The position numbers and the translations under genes were made by a program. Below, piece after piece: positions 38,628 to 49,558 of a stretch of 64,000 nt of DNA. Each line of letters opens with the position of its first letter. The first letter of the stretch is position 1. Source of the stretch: a virus (taxonomy: Duplodnaviria; Caudoviricetes); the IMG/VR virus record IMGVR_UViG_3300022555_000003, positions 178,081 through 242,080 of that record, one strand, 5' to 3'. The notes beneath the pieces are model-generated. The model was not told the origin of the DNA, made no database searches, and saw only the letters and a program-made list of their open reading frames with translations.

Positions 38628-39257
38628 TTATGTTGTTAAAATATGATTATATTTATATAAGTCTTTAGCTTTAACAACAATGGTATTTCCGTTTTCATCT
38701 TTTACATACCATTTATGAGTTGGGGTACATAAAACTTTCTCATTATTTTCAAATTCAATTTCTAATAAATCTTGAATACCTTTATAGAATAAAGAAAATG
38801 GTTTCCATAATATTGTATTTGTTTTAATGCAAAAAGTTTTTACTAAATCTGTATCATCTTTCAAATCCTTTATTGGAATATGCTGAACTGTTCCATCTCT
38901 AAGAATAGTTACTGTGGTATTTTCTTCTAAACACTCATCAAGTAATACAATTTTCATATCACCAAATGGCATAGTGCTGATAAAATTTGTAATCTTATTA
39001 CGCATATCATCAACACTATTCTCACGGCTTGCATTAATCTCGAGTAGATCATACTTATGAATATTCAGTGCTTTAATAAGAATCTTAGCTAGAGTTGTTT
39101 TTCCAGTTCCAGTTGGACCTTCTAATAGAATATGATTAATTTGTTTTTCATTAATCCATTTTTCAATTTGAGATTGTTGCTGTAGACTTGAAAATACATA
39201 GCCTGACAGAGTGTCAGGCCTGTATAATTCTGTCCAAATTGTTTGAACCGTTGCCAT
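38628..39257 (-). CDS. clamp loader N-terminal half fused to split-intein IntN (101 aa)
   Basis: WTELYRP, GPTGTGKTT, EINAS, IVLLDE|CLEENT...CTPTHKW (block B TxxH). Confidence 0.9.
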   Translation of the reverse strand: MATVQTIWTELYRPDTLSGYVFSSLQQQSQIEKWINEKQINHILLEGPTGTGKTTLAKILIKALNIHKYDLLEINASRENSVDDMRNKITNFISTMPFGDMKIVLLDECLEENTTVTILRDGTVQHIPIKDLKDDTDLVKTFCIKTNTILWKPFSLFYKGIQDLLEIEFENNEKVLCTPTHKWYVKDENGNTIVVKAKDLYKYNHILTT

Positions 39258-39284
39258 ATGTTAATTATATTTCCTTAGTAATTA

Positions 39285-39313
39285 AGTATAACATAGTTAC
39301 AAATATTATGCAA
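39285..39313 (-). promoter_or_regulatory. sigma70-type promoter for clamp loader
   Basis: TTGCAT-17 nt-TATACT. Confidence 0.6.
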
Positions 39314-39635
39314 CTCCTACAGCATCATCTTCGTTAGGAAATACATCAGATACAGCAAGAATTGCTTTTGTGTCTACTAATCGAATAACATCATCACTAA
39401 TTTTAACACCACGAGACCATCGTCCGTGTTCAATTAATAAGTATTGACCTACGCTAATATCTTCTTGCTTTGGTCCAATTGCATAAACCCTTCCCCATCG
39501 TGGTCTAATGCCGGTAGATTTTGCATCATCAGACAGCAAAATGATACCCGCTTTAGTTTTTCGTTCGCTAAAGTTCATCTCTTTAACTAAGACATTATCT
39601 CGTAATGGTACTACTGTTCCATCATACTGTTGCAT
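39306..39635 (-). CDS. groES: GroES-like co-chaperonin
   Basis: PLRDNVLV, mobile loop KTKAGIIL, GRVYAIGP. Confidence 0.85.
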   Translation of the reverse strand: MQQYDGTVVPLRDNVLVKEMNFSERKTKAGIILLSDDAKSTGIRPRWGRVYAIGPKQEDISVGQYLLIEHGRWSRGVKISDDVIRLVDTKAILAVSDVFPNEDDAVGVA

Positions 39636-39665
39636 TGTTATTTCATCTATCCTTTTATTTTCTAA

Positions 39666-39998
39666 CTATTGTATTACGACTATTTTGAGTATAATCAAAA
39701 GAGCCCAAATTGCTTTAAATGATATATGTATGTACTGATCTTCATTTAATGAAATTTTACCTTCAGATTTTGTATAATCAGTTATTGCATGAGCTATTGT
39801 TTCAAGTACACCTAATAATACAGATCCAGTAATTAAAGCTACCATTCCACCTTGTATTAGTGAATGCCAAAATAAGCATTGATACCAAGGAATCCCAGGA
39901 ATTGGAGACTTGTGATTCTTCCCACGTGCTAAAAAATCTCCTTGTAATGGATAATCAGCAAGACCATGTCCAACAAGTAACCAGAAGAAGAGTTCCAT
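39666..39998 (-). CDS. DUF3307-like membrane protein
   Basis: HGLADYPLQ, HSLI, HAITD, DQYIH. Confidence 0.7.
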   Translation of the reverse strand: MELFFWLLVGHGLADYPLQGDFLARGKNHKSPIPGIPWYQCLFWHSLIQGGMVALITGSVLLGVLETIAHAITDYTKSEGKISLNEDQYIHISFKAIWALLIILKIVVIQ

Positions 39999-40258
39999 TA
40001 TTCACTTTCTGTTGGTGGTACTTCCACTAACGCATTTTGTTTCTTAACACGTGGTTTCTTTGTTGGAATTACAGAATGTAACTTGTAATATTCTGTCATC
40101 TGTTCTTTTCTTGTTCTTGGTACTTCTACCATTGGAGCAATTTCGTCTCCCCGAGCATTCACATTCATATTACCTAATGCGACAACTGTTTCATTTTTAA
40201 ATCTAATCGCATCCATATCTATAATCTGACCGTTCGCTGTTTTTGTAATATTTGGCAT
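39998..40258 (-). CDS. hypothetical protein
   Basis: Start moved to MPNITKT (GGAG RBS). Confidence 0.7.
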   Translation of the reverse strand: MPNITKTANGQIIDMDAIRFKNETVVALGNMNVNARGDEIAPMVEVPRTRKEQMTEYYKLHSVIPTKKPRVKKQNALVEVPPTESE

Positions 40259-40266
40259 ATCTTCTC

Positions 40267-40776
40267 CTATTTCAAAAAATCTTTGTAATTTAATTCCCAC
40301 TTAATGGAATTAATTTTGTGTACTCCTAATTTATAAAGTACAAAACTCGAAACGCTACTCCCTCTTCCAATACCAAGTACAATATTATTTTCTTTAAGTG
40401 TTGTAACCATATAATGTAAGTACCTAAGTAAATCTATTAAATTAAATTCTTCATATAGTATTAGCTCTTGTGCAATTCGTGTAAGTTCTACGTCATCTTT
40501 GCACGAATCTACTAAAATTTTAATTATGTCTATTTGTTTATACTTATCTGGCATCAGCCAAATTGATTGTAATTGTGTATGAAAATCTTCAGCAACTTCA
40601 CATTGTGACCATTGCGGTAATAGTGCAAAATCGCTATACAATTCTCTGATGGCATCATTATATTTTGATAATCCAACAATGCTAGTAATAGATATGTTTG
40701 CATCAGGATTAGTTTTAATAATATCTATTAACTCTTCTTCTGTGCGACCTACTAAACCACAATCACTAATTTTCAT
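40267..40776 (-). CDS. stand-alone fragment resembling DNA polymerase III alpha (DnaE) palm region
   Basis: RIAQELILY...GIGRGSSVSSFVLYKLGVHKIN matches DnaE GxGRGS(A/S)xSLVxYxLGITxID pattern. Confidence 0.7.
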   Translation of the reverse strand: MKISDCGLVGRTEEELIDIIKTNPDANISITSIVGLSKYNDAIRELYSDFALLPQWSQCEVAEDFHTQLQSIWLMPDKYKQIDIIKILVDSCKDDVELTRIAQELILYEEFNLIDLLRYLHYMVTTLKENNIVLGIGRGSSVSSFVLYKLGVHKINSIKWELNYKDFLK

Positions 40777-41473
40777 TCGTACTTTTGCCACCATCAACAA
40801 CTTCTACTTTAAATTTATTACTCTTTGGCTTTCTCTTATTCTTAGGTTTCGGAACTTTCATCTCAATAATGTCAGCTAATTTTTCAGGAATAAATTCTAT
40901 ATCTAATTCTTCATCAGTATCTTCAACAAAATTTAAACCTAAATCATCCCATGTTAGAAATTCATCTTCTGAATCATTAACATCAATATCAACTAACAAA
41001 GCATCGTTTTTATGCCACCACGGCCAAAATTGTTTCTTTTTTCCTGTTGGCTTTTCTAAAGCAAATGGTCCTAGTGCATCACCAGCAGTGTAATCATACC
41101 ATACATTGTCACCAAATGTACTACTAATTCGAACGCGATTACAAATTAGAGTGTCCTCCATAACAGCATTTATTTTGCAGAATATAGCCAAGCCAATAAT
41201 CTGATCAAATGCTTCATCAGGAAATAGTACCATCTTTCCTGGATATAAATTAGCCAATGATTCAAAATTTGTGTTATTAGCAGATATAAAAATACTGTTG
41301 TTAAACAGTGTTGTAATAACAAACTTCATACGTTCAAAAGCTATATTTTGAAACTTGGAACTTTCTGTATTTGTCACCATTTGCAATTCGACAAAGAAAT
41401 GATTAGGAAAAATCTTATCATCAAAAACGCAAATACCTAAAAAATTACAATTCCAATCCAGTTTAACGTTCAT
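40766..41473 (-). CDS. hypothetical protein, possible degenerate QueD/T-fold
   Basis: Weak pattern PNHFFVEL...LFNNSIF; canonical His/Glu motifs absent. Confidence 0.35.
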   Translation of the reverse strand: MNVKLDWNCNFLGICVFDDKIFPNHFFVELQMVTNTESSKFQNIAFERMKFVITTLFNNSIFISANNTNFESLANLYPGKMVLFPDEAFDQIIGLAIFCKINAVMEDTLICNRVRISSTFGDNVWYDYTAGDALGPFALEKPTGKKKQFWPWWHKNDALLVDIDVNDSEDEFLTWDDLGLNFVEDTDEELDIEFIPEKLADIIEMKVPKPKNKRKPKSNKFKVEVVDGGKSTNEN

Positions 41474-41483
41474 TTATATATCC

Positions 41484-41714
41484 TCAACTGATATCTATAA
41501 TATCAGACAGCTTTCCATTTTTATTAGATTTTTCCAAAAATTCCATATTACGACGGGTTTGTTCTTCCATCAATGAATTAAAAATCATTGATACTTGATT
41601 GTATAAGTCTGGATCGGACGCAAATCGAAATATACCACTTATTTTAGTAATTTTTTCAGACAATTCGTTTTCTGTTAGTTTTGTATAATCTTCTATTAAT
41701 GGATGCATCATCAC
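41484..41714 (-). CDS. hypothetical protein
   Basis: AAGGAGG RBS, sigma70-type promoter upstream. Confidence 0.75.
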   Translation of the reverse strand: MMMHPLIEDYTKLTENELSEKITKISGIFRFASDPDLYNQVSMIFNSLMEEQTRRNMEFLEKSNKNGKLSDIIDIS

Positions 41715-41728
41715 CTCCTTGCTATTTA

Positions 41729-41758
41729 ATTATAGCATAGGAATAACTTAAAATTCAA
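41729..41758 (-). promoter_or_regulatory. sigma70-type promoter
   Basis: TTGAAT-18 nt-TATAAT. Confidence 0.6.
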
Positions 41759-41759
41759 A

Positions 41760-42809
41760 TTAAATTAAAGGAGTTGCTGTAACACAAGCTCCAGCTATAA
41801 CTGTTAAATTTCCACCATTGGTTGATCCAGTTATAGTAACAATATCATTATAAGTATTAAAATATGTTCCATTAATTTTTGCCATCCGTAATGTTGAACT
41901 AGCTGTAATTACATTGCTGTAAATATTGCTTGCATTACTAGTTAATACAGTGAAGTCGCTTCCTGGAGCATTTTGTTGCTCAACCGAGTAAACACTAACC
42001 GCAGAAGCATTACCAAACTGAACACTAAAACTGTGAACATTTGTTGCAGATAAGCTATGAGTGAATGGTATTGTTGCTGTAAATTGATATGGTGTTCCTG
42101 CATTTGTATAAAATGATAGTCCAGTTGTTGTTAATGCTCTACTAGTTGTAGTTGCATTAATAACAACATTTGAAGTTGCAACACTCATTAATGCTCTAGA
42201 ACTTTTTTCAACTACTGAAATTGTTAAACCAGCATCAACCGATCCAAATATAAATTCATATATTCCAGTATGTGAAAATGTTATAACATTAGTTGTTTGA
42301 TTGTACCCAGCAATATTTTCTGTATAAAGTAAATTTGGATTACCTGCATTAGAATATATAGCTAAGGTATGTGTAATATTAGCAACTGTTACAAGTACGG
42401 TAGCTTCTGCAAATTGCCCAGCAAGTGGCCAGTTTGCAAATACAAGCTGTGAGGAAACTCTAGTTCCACTTAAAGCAATTGTTTTATAATTACCGTTGTT
42501 GAAATCAATAGTTACATTACCACTAGTTACCTGATTGCCAAGATCTTCACTAGTCAAACTTACATCTTTAAGTACCGCAGAAATAATCTGATTATTATTA
42601 AAATTATTACTCGTAATTGTAGGAGTTGAACCATAAGTCAATGGCGCCTTGACAACTACTTTATCCTGGAGATCTTCTATTTCACGTTTTAAAATAGTAA
42701 GATTATTTTTTACTCCAGTAAAATTGTCACGGAAGCCCTGACTGTTATTGTCTACACCAGCTACGGGAAAATTTTGATTTATACTATTTGGGGTTACCTG
42801 ACTGGGCAT
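41760..42809 (-). CDS. baseplate/tail fiber structural protein
   Basis: N-terminal FPVAGVDNNSQGFRDNF motif, beta-rich T/N/S composition, structural cluster. Confidence 0.6.
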   Translation of the reverse strand: MPSQVTPNSINQNFPVAGVDNNSQGFRDNFTGVKNNLTILKREIEDLQDKVVVKAPLTYGSTPTITSNNFNNNQIISAVLKDVSLTSEDLGNQVTSGNVTIDFNNGNYKTIALSGTRVSSQLVFANWPLAGQFAEATVLVTVANITHTLAIYSNAGNPNLLYTENIAGYNQTTNVITFSHTGIYEFIFGSVDAGLTISVVEKSSRALMSVATSNVVINATTTSRALTTTGLSFYTNAGTPYQFTATIPFTHSLSATNVHSFSVQFGNASAVSVYSVEQQNAPGSDFTVLTSNASNIYSNVITASSTLRMAKINGTYFNTYNDIVTITGSTNGGNLTVIAGACVTATPLI

Positions 42810-42851
42810 CGATAATCTCCTCCATATATATATTTAGCAAATTTATATCTT

Positions 42852-43718
42852 TTACTCAACATTATCAGACAATTTTCTACCTTTATGTGCTTTTGACATA
42901 TTAGCTCTGTGTTCATCAGATTTTGGTTTACCTTTAGATGCTTTTGACATTTTAGCTCTTGTTTCAGCAGATTTTGGTTTAGACATTTTGAGTTTGGTTT
43001 CATCAGACAATTTTCTACCTTTATGTGCTTTTGACATATTAGCTCTGTGTTCATCAGATTTTGGTTTACCTTTAGATGCTTTTGACATTTTAGCTCTTGT
43101 TTCAGCAGATTTTGGTTTTGACATATTGGCTTTTGCTTCAGCAGAAAATAGTTTCCGTTTTTTGCATGTAAACGATTTTGACACATTAGATATAACTTTA
43201 GGTGATGGAGTTTTACCTAACATTGCTTTTGATATTTTATTTTTTGTTTCTTGAGTAGGAGGTTTTCTTTCTAATGCCGCTTTTGACATATTGGCCCTTG
43301 CTTCATCTGAATGTTTACGACCTAATAGTAATTTTGATGTAGCATTAGAATTTAAAATTTTAGCTTCTTCATATTCTTCTGGAGTTGGAATATATAGACT
43401 ATTATTTGACTTACTTTTTCGAAACATATTAAAAAATGCATGTGACATTTTATAATAACTAGTACCAACGGGCAACATATGAGTTAATAATTGATGACAT
43501 ATAAAATGTTCTTTACCAGTTAAAATAACTAAATTGGTTGGATCATTTGGATTACCATCTAGCCAACCAGTTTTACTTCTTTTATTATTTTTATAAAATG
43601 ATGCAGGAATTATATGATGTTTCTCGGTATATCCATAAGGTGGAAACAATATGGCCATTTCAATTATTTCATAATATCTTTTTGTTGATTGGTTATCTAG
43701 AAATTCACTAAATGTCAT
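42852..43718 (-). mobile_element. free-standing HNH homing endonuclease with NUMOD3-like repeats
   Basis: EKHHIIP...NLVILTGKEHFICHQLL; C-terminal duplication with 138-nt period (42864 and 43002). Confidence 0.85.
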
Positions 43719-43787
43719 TGAGCTGTTACTCCTTATTAGTAATAGAGTAGTTGGATATTCAAGTACCGCTAACTACAATTATATTTA
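43719..43787 (-). promoter_or_regulatory. late promoter plus conserved two-hairpin leader of HNH gene (copy 2 of 3)
   Basis: TAAATA...GTAGTTagcGGTA-loop-TATCcAACTACtctATTACT-aata-AGGAGTAAcagctcaATG. Confidence 0.7.
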
Positions 43788-46700
43788 CTAAACTGATACA
43801 ATTCCTGATTCAATAAAATATTTACGTTTAAATACTGTATATTTTGATCCAACATCTTTTTTGAGATATTCATCGGTACTATTCGAAAAGAATTTAGTAG
43901 TATTATCATCAAATGTTGTTTTGAGTTCTGCTGATACTATTTCTTTATCAATAAATCCTGGAACTGTATAAGCTGATCCTAGTGTTTCCGGAGCTACCAA
44001 ACTTACTACAGTGCCGCCGTGTTTCACACCACTCGTAACTCCAACGCTAGTATATGGTGAACTATTTATATACTGTAATGGACTTACAAAGTCTAACGTA
44101 ACTATTCCATTGGATCCAATTAAAATTCTCCAAATTCCAGCTCGTTGATAATCAATTGTTGGATTAATAAAATGTTCCTGAAATCCTGGAATAACTGTAA
44201 ATGGTTCGTAATTTTCTCCATATATTTGTTCTTCATATGGAGTTACTCTTACCCAACCATCATACAATTCATCAGACATATTAAAATCTATAGGTGATCC
44301 ATCTGGATTTGTATATAATTCTTGCTTGAAAAACACTAATAATTTATTATTTAAATCACCTCTATATCCGTCTATCAAGCCAAGCGCACCTAAATCATAT
44401 GCATTGGCATTGTTAATTTGATAGAATGGAGTTTCAACTGCAAAATCAACAATTGAAACAATATTTTCAACACTTATTATTTGATCAAATGTTGTTAACT
44501 TATTCAAATAATATTGATTCAATGATTTATCAAAGTTTAAAGCCAATCCATCATCCCAGAGGTATCTATCTGTAATAGCATTTATATTTGTTAACTGTAA
44601 TGATAATTGTAATTTGTATAATATTTTCTTACCAAATCCTGGCTTCACATATAATAATGGAACTGCATCTATACATTTTCCGTCTTGATCAATTAACCAA
44701 TTTGCTAGTAATCTCTTTGTATTTCGGCTTAACTTATTTTTAATTTGCTCACGCATGTTTGGCAAACTAGCTGGATACAATTCCATAATCTTACTATCAC
44801 TAACATATGTTAGATCATCATCTGCTGTTATATAAGAGTTATCAGCTGTTATTGGAATATTAATTTGACTAGTAGATATACTTCCCGATAATTGAGTTCC
44901 GTTTTCTGTAGTAAATCTATCTACTGGATTAATATATATTACTTCATATTCAACTTCTCCAGTTGAAGTTAAGCTTTGTGCCCATCTTAAATCAGTAAAT
45001 AGATATTGTTTGGTGTGATGATATGCTGCTATAGCACCTATTAAGTCGCTATCAGTTGCTGTATTAATTCCATATGCAACTAACATTCGATAAGTATTCT
45101 GTCTGCCAAACCAATGATCACTAAGTCTGTAAATGTGTTCATCTGGTACTATTTTATCATTGAAAATTGCTGTTCTAATTTTGTCTCTATCTACACCATT
45201 AAGTAAGAATTCTAAGTATAAATTTGAACTTGGTTTGCGTTTGTAATCTGCTATATAGAATGTAAAGCTTCTGTCCTTATAAATTTCACGACGTATTGGA
45301 TCGTTTAAATGTAAACTAGCTCTAACAGATACTACATATTTTCTATCAAATGTAGTTATATCTTTGTCAAATGTTGTTCCATCATTTAATAATAAATGTT
45401 GATGACTTGCTCTTCCTTCAAAATTTCCAAAATTAGTAAATTCTAATCCACGTGGTAAATCGTCTGAAGTAAATCGTAATACTGTATTATTTGGCAATGT
45501 TTGTAGACTGCTAAGTTTAATTATATTATTAACTTCATCCACTGAAACAACAACTGTAGATAGTGGAATATCAACCTGAGTTGATATCACTGGCATGCCA
45601 ACTAAAATTCCATCAACGCTATCTAATTGTATAATATTTTGATTAATAGCAGAACTTAACATTGTGTGTTCTATATATGGTATAATAGAATAAGATATTT
45701 CAGTATCAGAAGAATTAGTCGCATGAACTGAAAGCGTGCTTGGTACTCCACTAGTTACAACTCCTAAGTCAGGTTGTGTAATCCAAGTTATTAAATAATT
45801 ATTACTATTTGTTACTGTTAATATTCTCTTCCATAAACTACTAAAAGGATTGTCTACATTTCTAGTATAATGAGGAACTGTTTGAGGGCTTAAAAAAGTT
45901 AATATTTCTGTTGCAACCAATGATTGAACTGAACTCATTGTAATTTGTTTACTTGTTCTGTCAATTGCTAACACTGTTGGTGTTCCAACAATATCTACAC
46001 CAACAATTGTATATCCTATATCTATACCTCTTGTACTTTCAACTATAACTGAATTTATTGCAGATGTAGATACCATTACTGGTGTTTCTGGACCAGTACT
46101 ACCAAAACTTGTAAGACTCTCGTATAATAATTTAACTTTTCTTTCTTGATATTGAGAACTTCCGTATCCAGTAAATTTATCAACAAAAATAAGACAACCT
46201 TGAGGAATTGGTTGAACAAAATCTAAGTAATAATTAGTTCCGCCAAATGTTAAATCAGAACTTATTGGAATATTAGCAATAGTTGGTTTACTAATAAAAA
46301 CAAATTTGTTTGGAATATCAACTGAAACTACAATAGTATCTGCATCTATTCCAACTCCACTAACAGGCATACCAACAGCAATAGTATCCATTGATTTCAT
46401 TTCAATTACTGTACCATATGGTAAAGAAACTGCATTTTGTCTTACAACAGATTTAACAATTCTCCAAATACCTGCTCTATAATTAGGTATTACACTTGAT
46501 AATGTCCATCCGTGAATAATATTTCCAGATGGATCATACCACCCATCTAAATTAATATTTAATGGATCAGTTTCATATCCATAATAAGTGGGATCAAAAA
46601 ATTCTTGTTTAGTTAATACAATAGTTTTATTTGTAAAATCTGTTGCCCTTGCATCTAAAAATAATGAGTCTATTTTATTTTGACTACTGTCATTTACGAT

Positions 46701-48077
46701 GGTGAAGGGTAATTCACATCCATAATCTACTTCAAAAACTATATTACTTGGTTCACTTGTCTTCTTGTAAACCCTAACATAGAAGATATATTTTTCTTCG
46801 CCTGTTGTAATAGGATCAATATATCCATATAACCAACCAGTGCTAGAATTCAATTTTAAGCTTGCTGGTAATAATTTATTTATGTTAGCTGTTACAAATC
46901 CATCAGGGTCAGAAGTATTTCTTTGATATGTTCCTGGTGTAATACCTAAATCAGTTAGTGGAAAGTTAACTTCGTTTTCTATAACTATACTGCTATCGCC
47001 TATATATATTAACAACTTCCCAGAACTTGCTTCAGCACTCACATTAGCTAATGTTTCGTTATATGCTGCTGCTGTTGTGATATCAGTTGCGACTGTATAA
47101 ACTGTTGGAAAATCGCTAAGTGGTATTACAATATTATTAATTCTAATAGATGAATTTAATGTAATAATTGGGTTAACAGTTGTTCCAATAATTGTTGGAA
47201 GTGGTAAAACTGGTAATATTTCATATCCTAGATTATTAGTAGTAGAATTAACATCATCAAAATCTTTTCCTAAAAATTGATAATAGAAAAAGTTTTCATC
47301 AGACACTGTAGCAATATCTGTATCTCTATTAAGCAAAACAGGAACATGTTGACCAACTATAACTGTTTGATTTGAATTATAATATGATGTGTCAACTAAT
47401 GTAACCTCACCCTTATAAAATGTTACTTTATAATTTGTAATTACATCTATTTTTCCATCTGATACTCTTATAGCAAATGTATATATTATAACATTATCAG
47501 TCTGATTTTGATCAAATGTATTAGTGTCAAATAAATCTACGTCGAATCTTACAACACCAATTGCAAATACTGCTGGATCAACATATCCAACTATGTGTGC
47601 TATATTATTAATTGACAAGCCCGTAGGAAGTGTTCCACCAACTAAAGTATAAGTTAATGTATCTGTAATATCAGGATCGAATGCAGTTATATCAATATCA
47701 ACCCAAGTTCCATCAAAATATTCACCTAAACTCTGGTTAGGTAATGATGGTACAAAGGGTCTCGGAGCATCTTCGCCAGTAACTGTTATGCTAAATGTTC
47801 TATCCGCAAGTTGACCGAGTTCATTTGAACATCTAATATTGAATATAAATATTGTTTCTTCGCTTACAGGTAACGGAGCTCCTACTATTCTGCAAATAGG
47901 ATAACCTTTTGTATTGTCAGATTTTATTAATCGTAATCCAGGCGGCAACTTACCGCTTACAATAGAAAAGTTAGCTCTAAAGCTTCCAGAAATTATTCCT
48001 AAGTTATAATTAAATGGTTCTAACTCTTTTGTAATACCTAAACTGCCAGAATTTGTGATCCACTGTGGCGCTGACAT
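43788..48077 (-). CDS. large baseplate wedge/tail protein with Ig/cadherin-like repeats
   Basis: 1429 aa; repeated SGKLPPGL/GGTLPTGL/LPASLKLN/LPRGL Ig-like strands. Confidence 0.7.
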   Translation of the reverse strand: MSAPQWITNSGSLGITKELEPFNYNLGIISGSFRANFSIVSGKLPPGLRLIKSDNTKGYPICRIVGAPLPVSEETIFIFNIRCSNELGQLADRTFSITVTGEDAPRPFVPSLPNQSLGEYFDGTWVDIDITAFDPDITDTLTYTLVGGTLPTGLSINNIAHIVGYVDPAVFAIGVVRFDVDLFDTNTFDQNQTDNVIIYTFAIRVSDGKIDVITNYKVTFYKGEVTLVDTSYYNSNQTVIVGQHVPVLLNRDTDIATVSDENFFYYQFLGKDFDDVNSTTNNLGYEILPVLPLPTIIGTTVNPIITLNSSIRINNIVIPLSDFPTVYTVATDITTAAAYNETLANVSAEASSGKLLIYIGDSSIVIENEVNFPLTDLGITPGTYQRNTSDPDGFVTANINKLLPASLKLNSSTGWLYGYIDPITTGEEKYIFYVRVYKKTSEPSNIVFEVDYGCELPFTIVNDSSQNKIDSLFLDARATDFTNKTIVLTKQEFFDPTYYGYETDPLNINLDGWYDPSGNIIHGWTLSSVIPNYRAGIWRIVKSVVRQNAVSLPYGTVIEMKSMDTIAVGMPVSGVGIDADTIVVSVDIPNKFVFISKPTIANIPISSDLTFGGTNYYLDFVQPIPQGCLIFVDKFTGYGSSQYQERKVKLLYESLTSFGSTGPETPVMVSTSAINSVIVESTRGIDIGYTIVGVDIVGTPTVLAIDRTSKQITMSSVQSLVATEILTFLSPQTVPHYTRNVDNPFSSLWKRILTVTNSNNYLITWITQPDLGVVTSGVPSTLSVHATNSSDTEISYSIIPYIEHTMLSSAINQNIIQLDSVDGILVGMPVISTQVDIPLSTVVVSVDEVNNIIKLSSLQTLPNNTVLRFTSDDLPRGLEFTNFGNFEGRASHQHLLLNDGTTFDKDITTFDRKYVVSVRASLHLNDPIRREIYKDRSFTFYIADYKRKPSSNLYLEFLLNGVDRDKIRTAIFNDKIVPDEHIYRLSDHWFGRQNTYRMLVAYGINTATDSDLIGAIAAYHHTKQYLFTDLRWAQSLTSTGEVEYEVIYINPVDRFTTENGTQLSGSISTSQINIPITADNSYITADDDLTYVSDSKIMELYPASLPNMREQIKNKLSRNTKRLLANWLIDQDGKCIDAVPLLYVKPGFGKKILYKLQLSLQLTNINAITDRYLWDDGLALNFDKSLNQYYLNKLTTFDQIISVENIVSIVDFAVETPFYQINNANAYDLGALGLIDGYRGDLNNKLLVFFKQELYTNPDGSPIDFNMSDELYDGWVRVTPYEEQIYGENYEPFTVIPGFQEHFINPTIDYQRAGIWRILIGSNGIVTLDFVSPLQYINSSPYTSVGVTSGVKHGGTVVSLVAPETLGSAYTVPGFIDKEIVSAELKTTFDDNTTKFFSNSTDEYLKKDVGSKYTVFKRKYFIESGIVSV

Positions 48078-48080
48078 TCA

Positions 48081-49502
48081 TTAAACTCCTATCACTGTCC
48101 AATTTGAACCATTGTACCATACAAGAGCTTTTGCTGTTCCGCCGCCTGCAATCACATTTCCTATTGTTGGAGATGTTGCATTTGTTACCACTTGTATTGC
48201 TCCTAATACCGGTGTTCCTAAATTTCCTGTATCTGTTGATCCGCACAATAATTTACTGGCTTGTACTGATGAAACACAAACAATATTTCCAGTAACACTT
48301 AATATTCCGCCAACATTTGAATTTAATCCAACATTTGAATTACCTGTTACAGATAATCTTCCGCTAGTTGTTAAATTTCCAGCAGTAACGTTTGCAGATG
48401 TTGTTAATGAAGATGATGTAATTGAATTTGTTATAGTTGCATTTACACTTACGAATAAATTTGATGAAACATTAACATTACTTCCACTTATATTACCAGA
48501 AGTTGTTATTACTCCACTTGATCCAAGATTACCAACATTTGCATTTTTAGTTATTACAACATTTCCTGAAAAAGTTCCATCAGTTGTTAAGACATTCAAT
48601 ACATTAGCATTACCACTTGATATAATACTATTAGTAACTATTACATTATTTCCAGTTATGTTTCCAATAATAGAAGCGTCTTGAGCAATGCTTAAATTTC
48701 CATTGGTAGAACCTATATTCCCTGAAGCAACAATATTATTACCAGAAAATATATTGCCAACTACTCCAACACCGCCAGCAACTGTTAACGCACCTGTAGT
48801 AGAACTTGTTGAAGTTGCTACTGCTTGAATATTAGCTAGTGTAATAATTTGTACTGTGCCAATAGTTGCTGTTCCAGATGTTATTAAACTTACCCCTACT
48901 ATGCTTCCAAGTAAACCATTAACGGCAGTAATATTATTAGTAGATGTAATATTACCAACAACTGATAAATTCTTATTGCTGACCCAAGAATCTAACGCAT
49001 AATTATATAATAGATTAGCGTTTGATACCGCAACATTAACGCCAGCTCCATTTGTTGCTGCTGCATTTGCTGCTCCGCTAGCTAATGTTATTAATAAGTT
49101 TGCTGTTGTTAAATTAGTTACTGTTGTATTTGTATAATTCAAATTAATAACATTTACATTACTTGAAACATTTATATTCCCAGCTGATATATTTCCAAAT
49201 GTTGCTGTTCCAGATACTAGTAAATTTGTTAAATTAGAATTATTACTAGAAGATAAATTTACAACCGATATATTTCCGCTTGATATGTTACCAGATGAAA
49301 CAATGTCAATGATGGTAGCTGAATTTGATACTATACTGTTACCAATAATATTTCCAGTTGTTGATATATTATTTGCTGTAATATCACTTGAATCTAGATA
49401 TAATTCAGTAAAATTGTCGTTTACATCCTGAAATGCATCACGTAGTGTGATTCCTGTACCGTCATTAGCGACTAATCCAATATTTATTAACTTTTGGCTC
49501 AT
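48081..49502 (-). CDS. fiber-like protein with T4 gp9/gp10-like N-terminal baseplate-binding motif
   Basis: IGLVANDGTGITLRDAFQDVNDNFTELY, then G/N/S/T-rich beta repeats. Confidence 0.7.
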   Translation of the reverse strand: MSQKLINIGLVANDGTGITLRDAFQDVNDNFTELYLDSSDITANNISTTGNIIGNSIVSNSATIIDIVSSGNISSGNISVVNLSSSNNSNLTNLLVSGTATFGNISAGNINVSSNVNVINLNYTNTTVTNLTTANLLITLASGAANAAATNGAGVNVAVSNANLLYNYALDSWVSNKNLSVVGNITSTNNITAVNGLLGSIVGVSLITSGTATIGTVQIITLANIQAVATSTSSTTGALTVAGGVGVVGNIFSGNNIVASGNIGSTNGNLSIAQDASIIGNITGNNVIVTNSIISSGNANVLNVLTTDGTFSGNVVITKNANVGNLGSSGVITTSGNISGSNVNVSSNLFVSVNATITNSITSSSLTTSANVTAGNLTTSGRLSVTGNSNVGLNSNVGGILSVTGNIVCVSSVQASKLLCGSTDTGNLGTPVLGAIQVVTNATSPTIGNVIAGGGTAKALVWYNGSNWTVIGV

Positions 49503-49558
49503 TTGTGATCCACCTATACATGTATTTACCTCCGCTGGGAAGGATAATTTCAGTGAGG

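Noticed and set aside
40766-41473. Confident QueD call
   Set aside because: Zn-binding His and catalytic Glu motifs of QueD are not recognisable; kept only as a low-confidence hint
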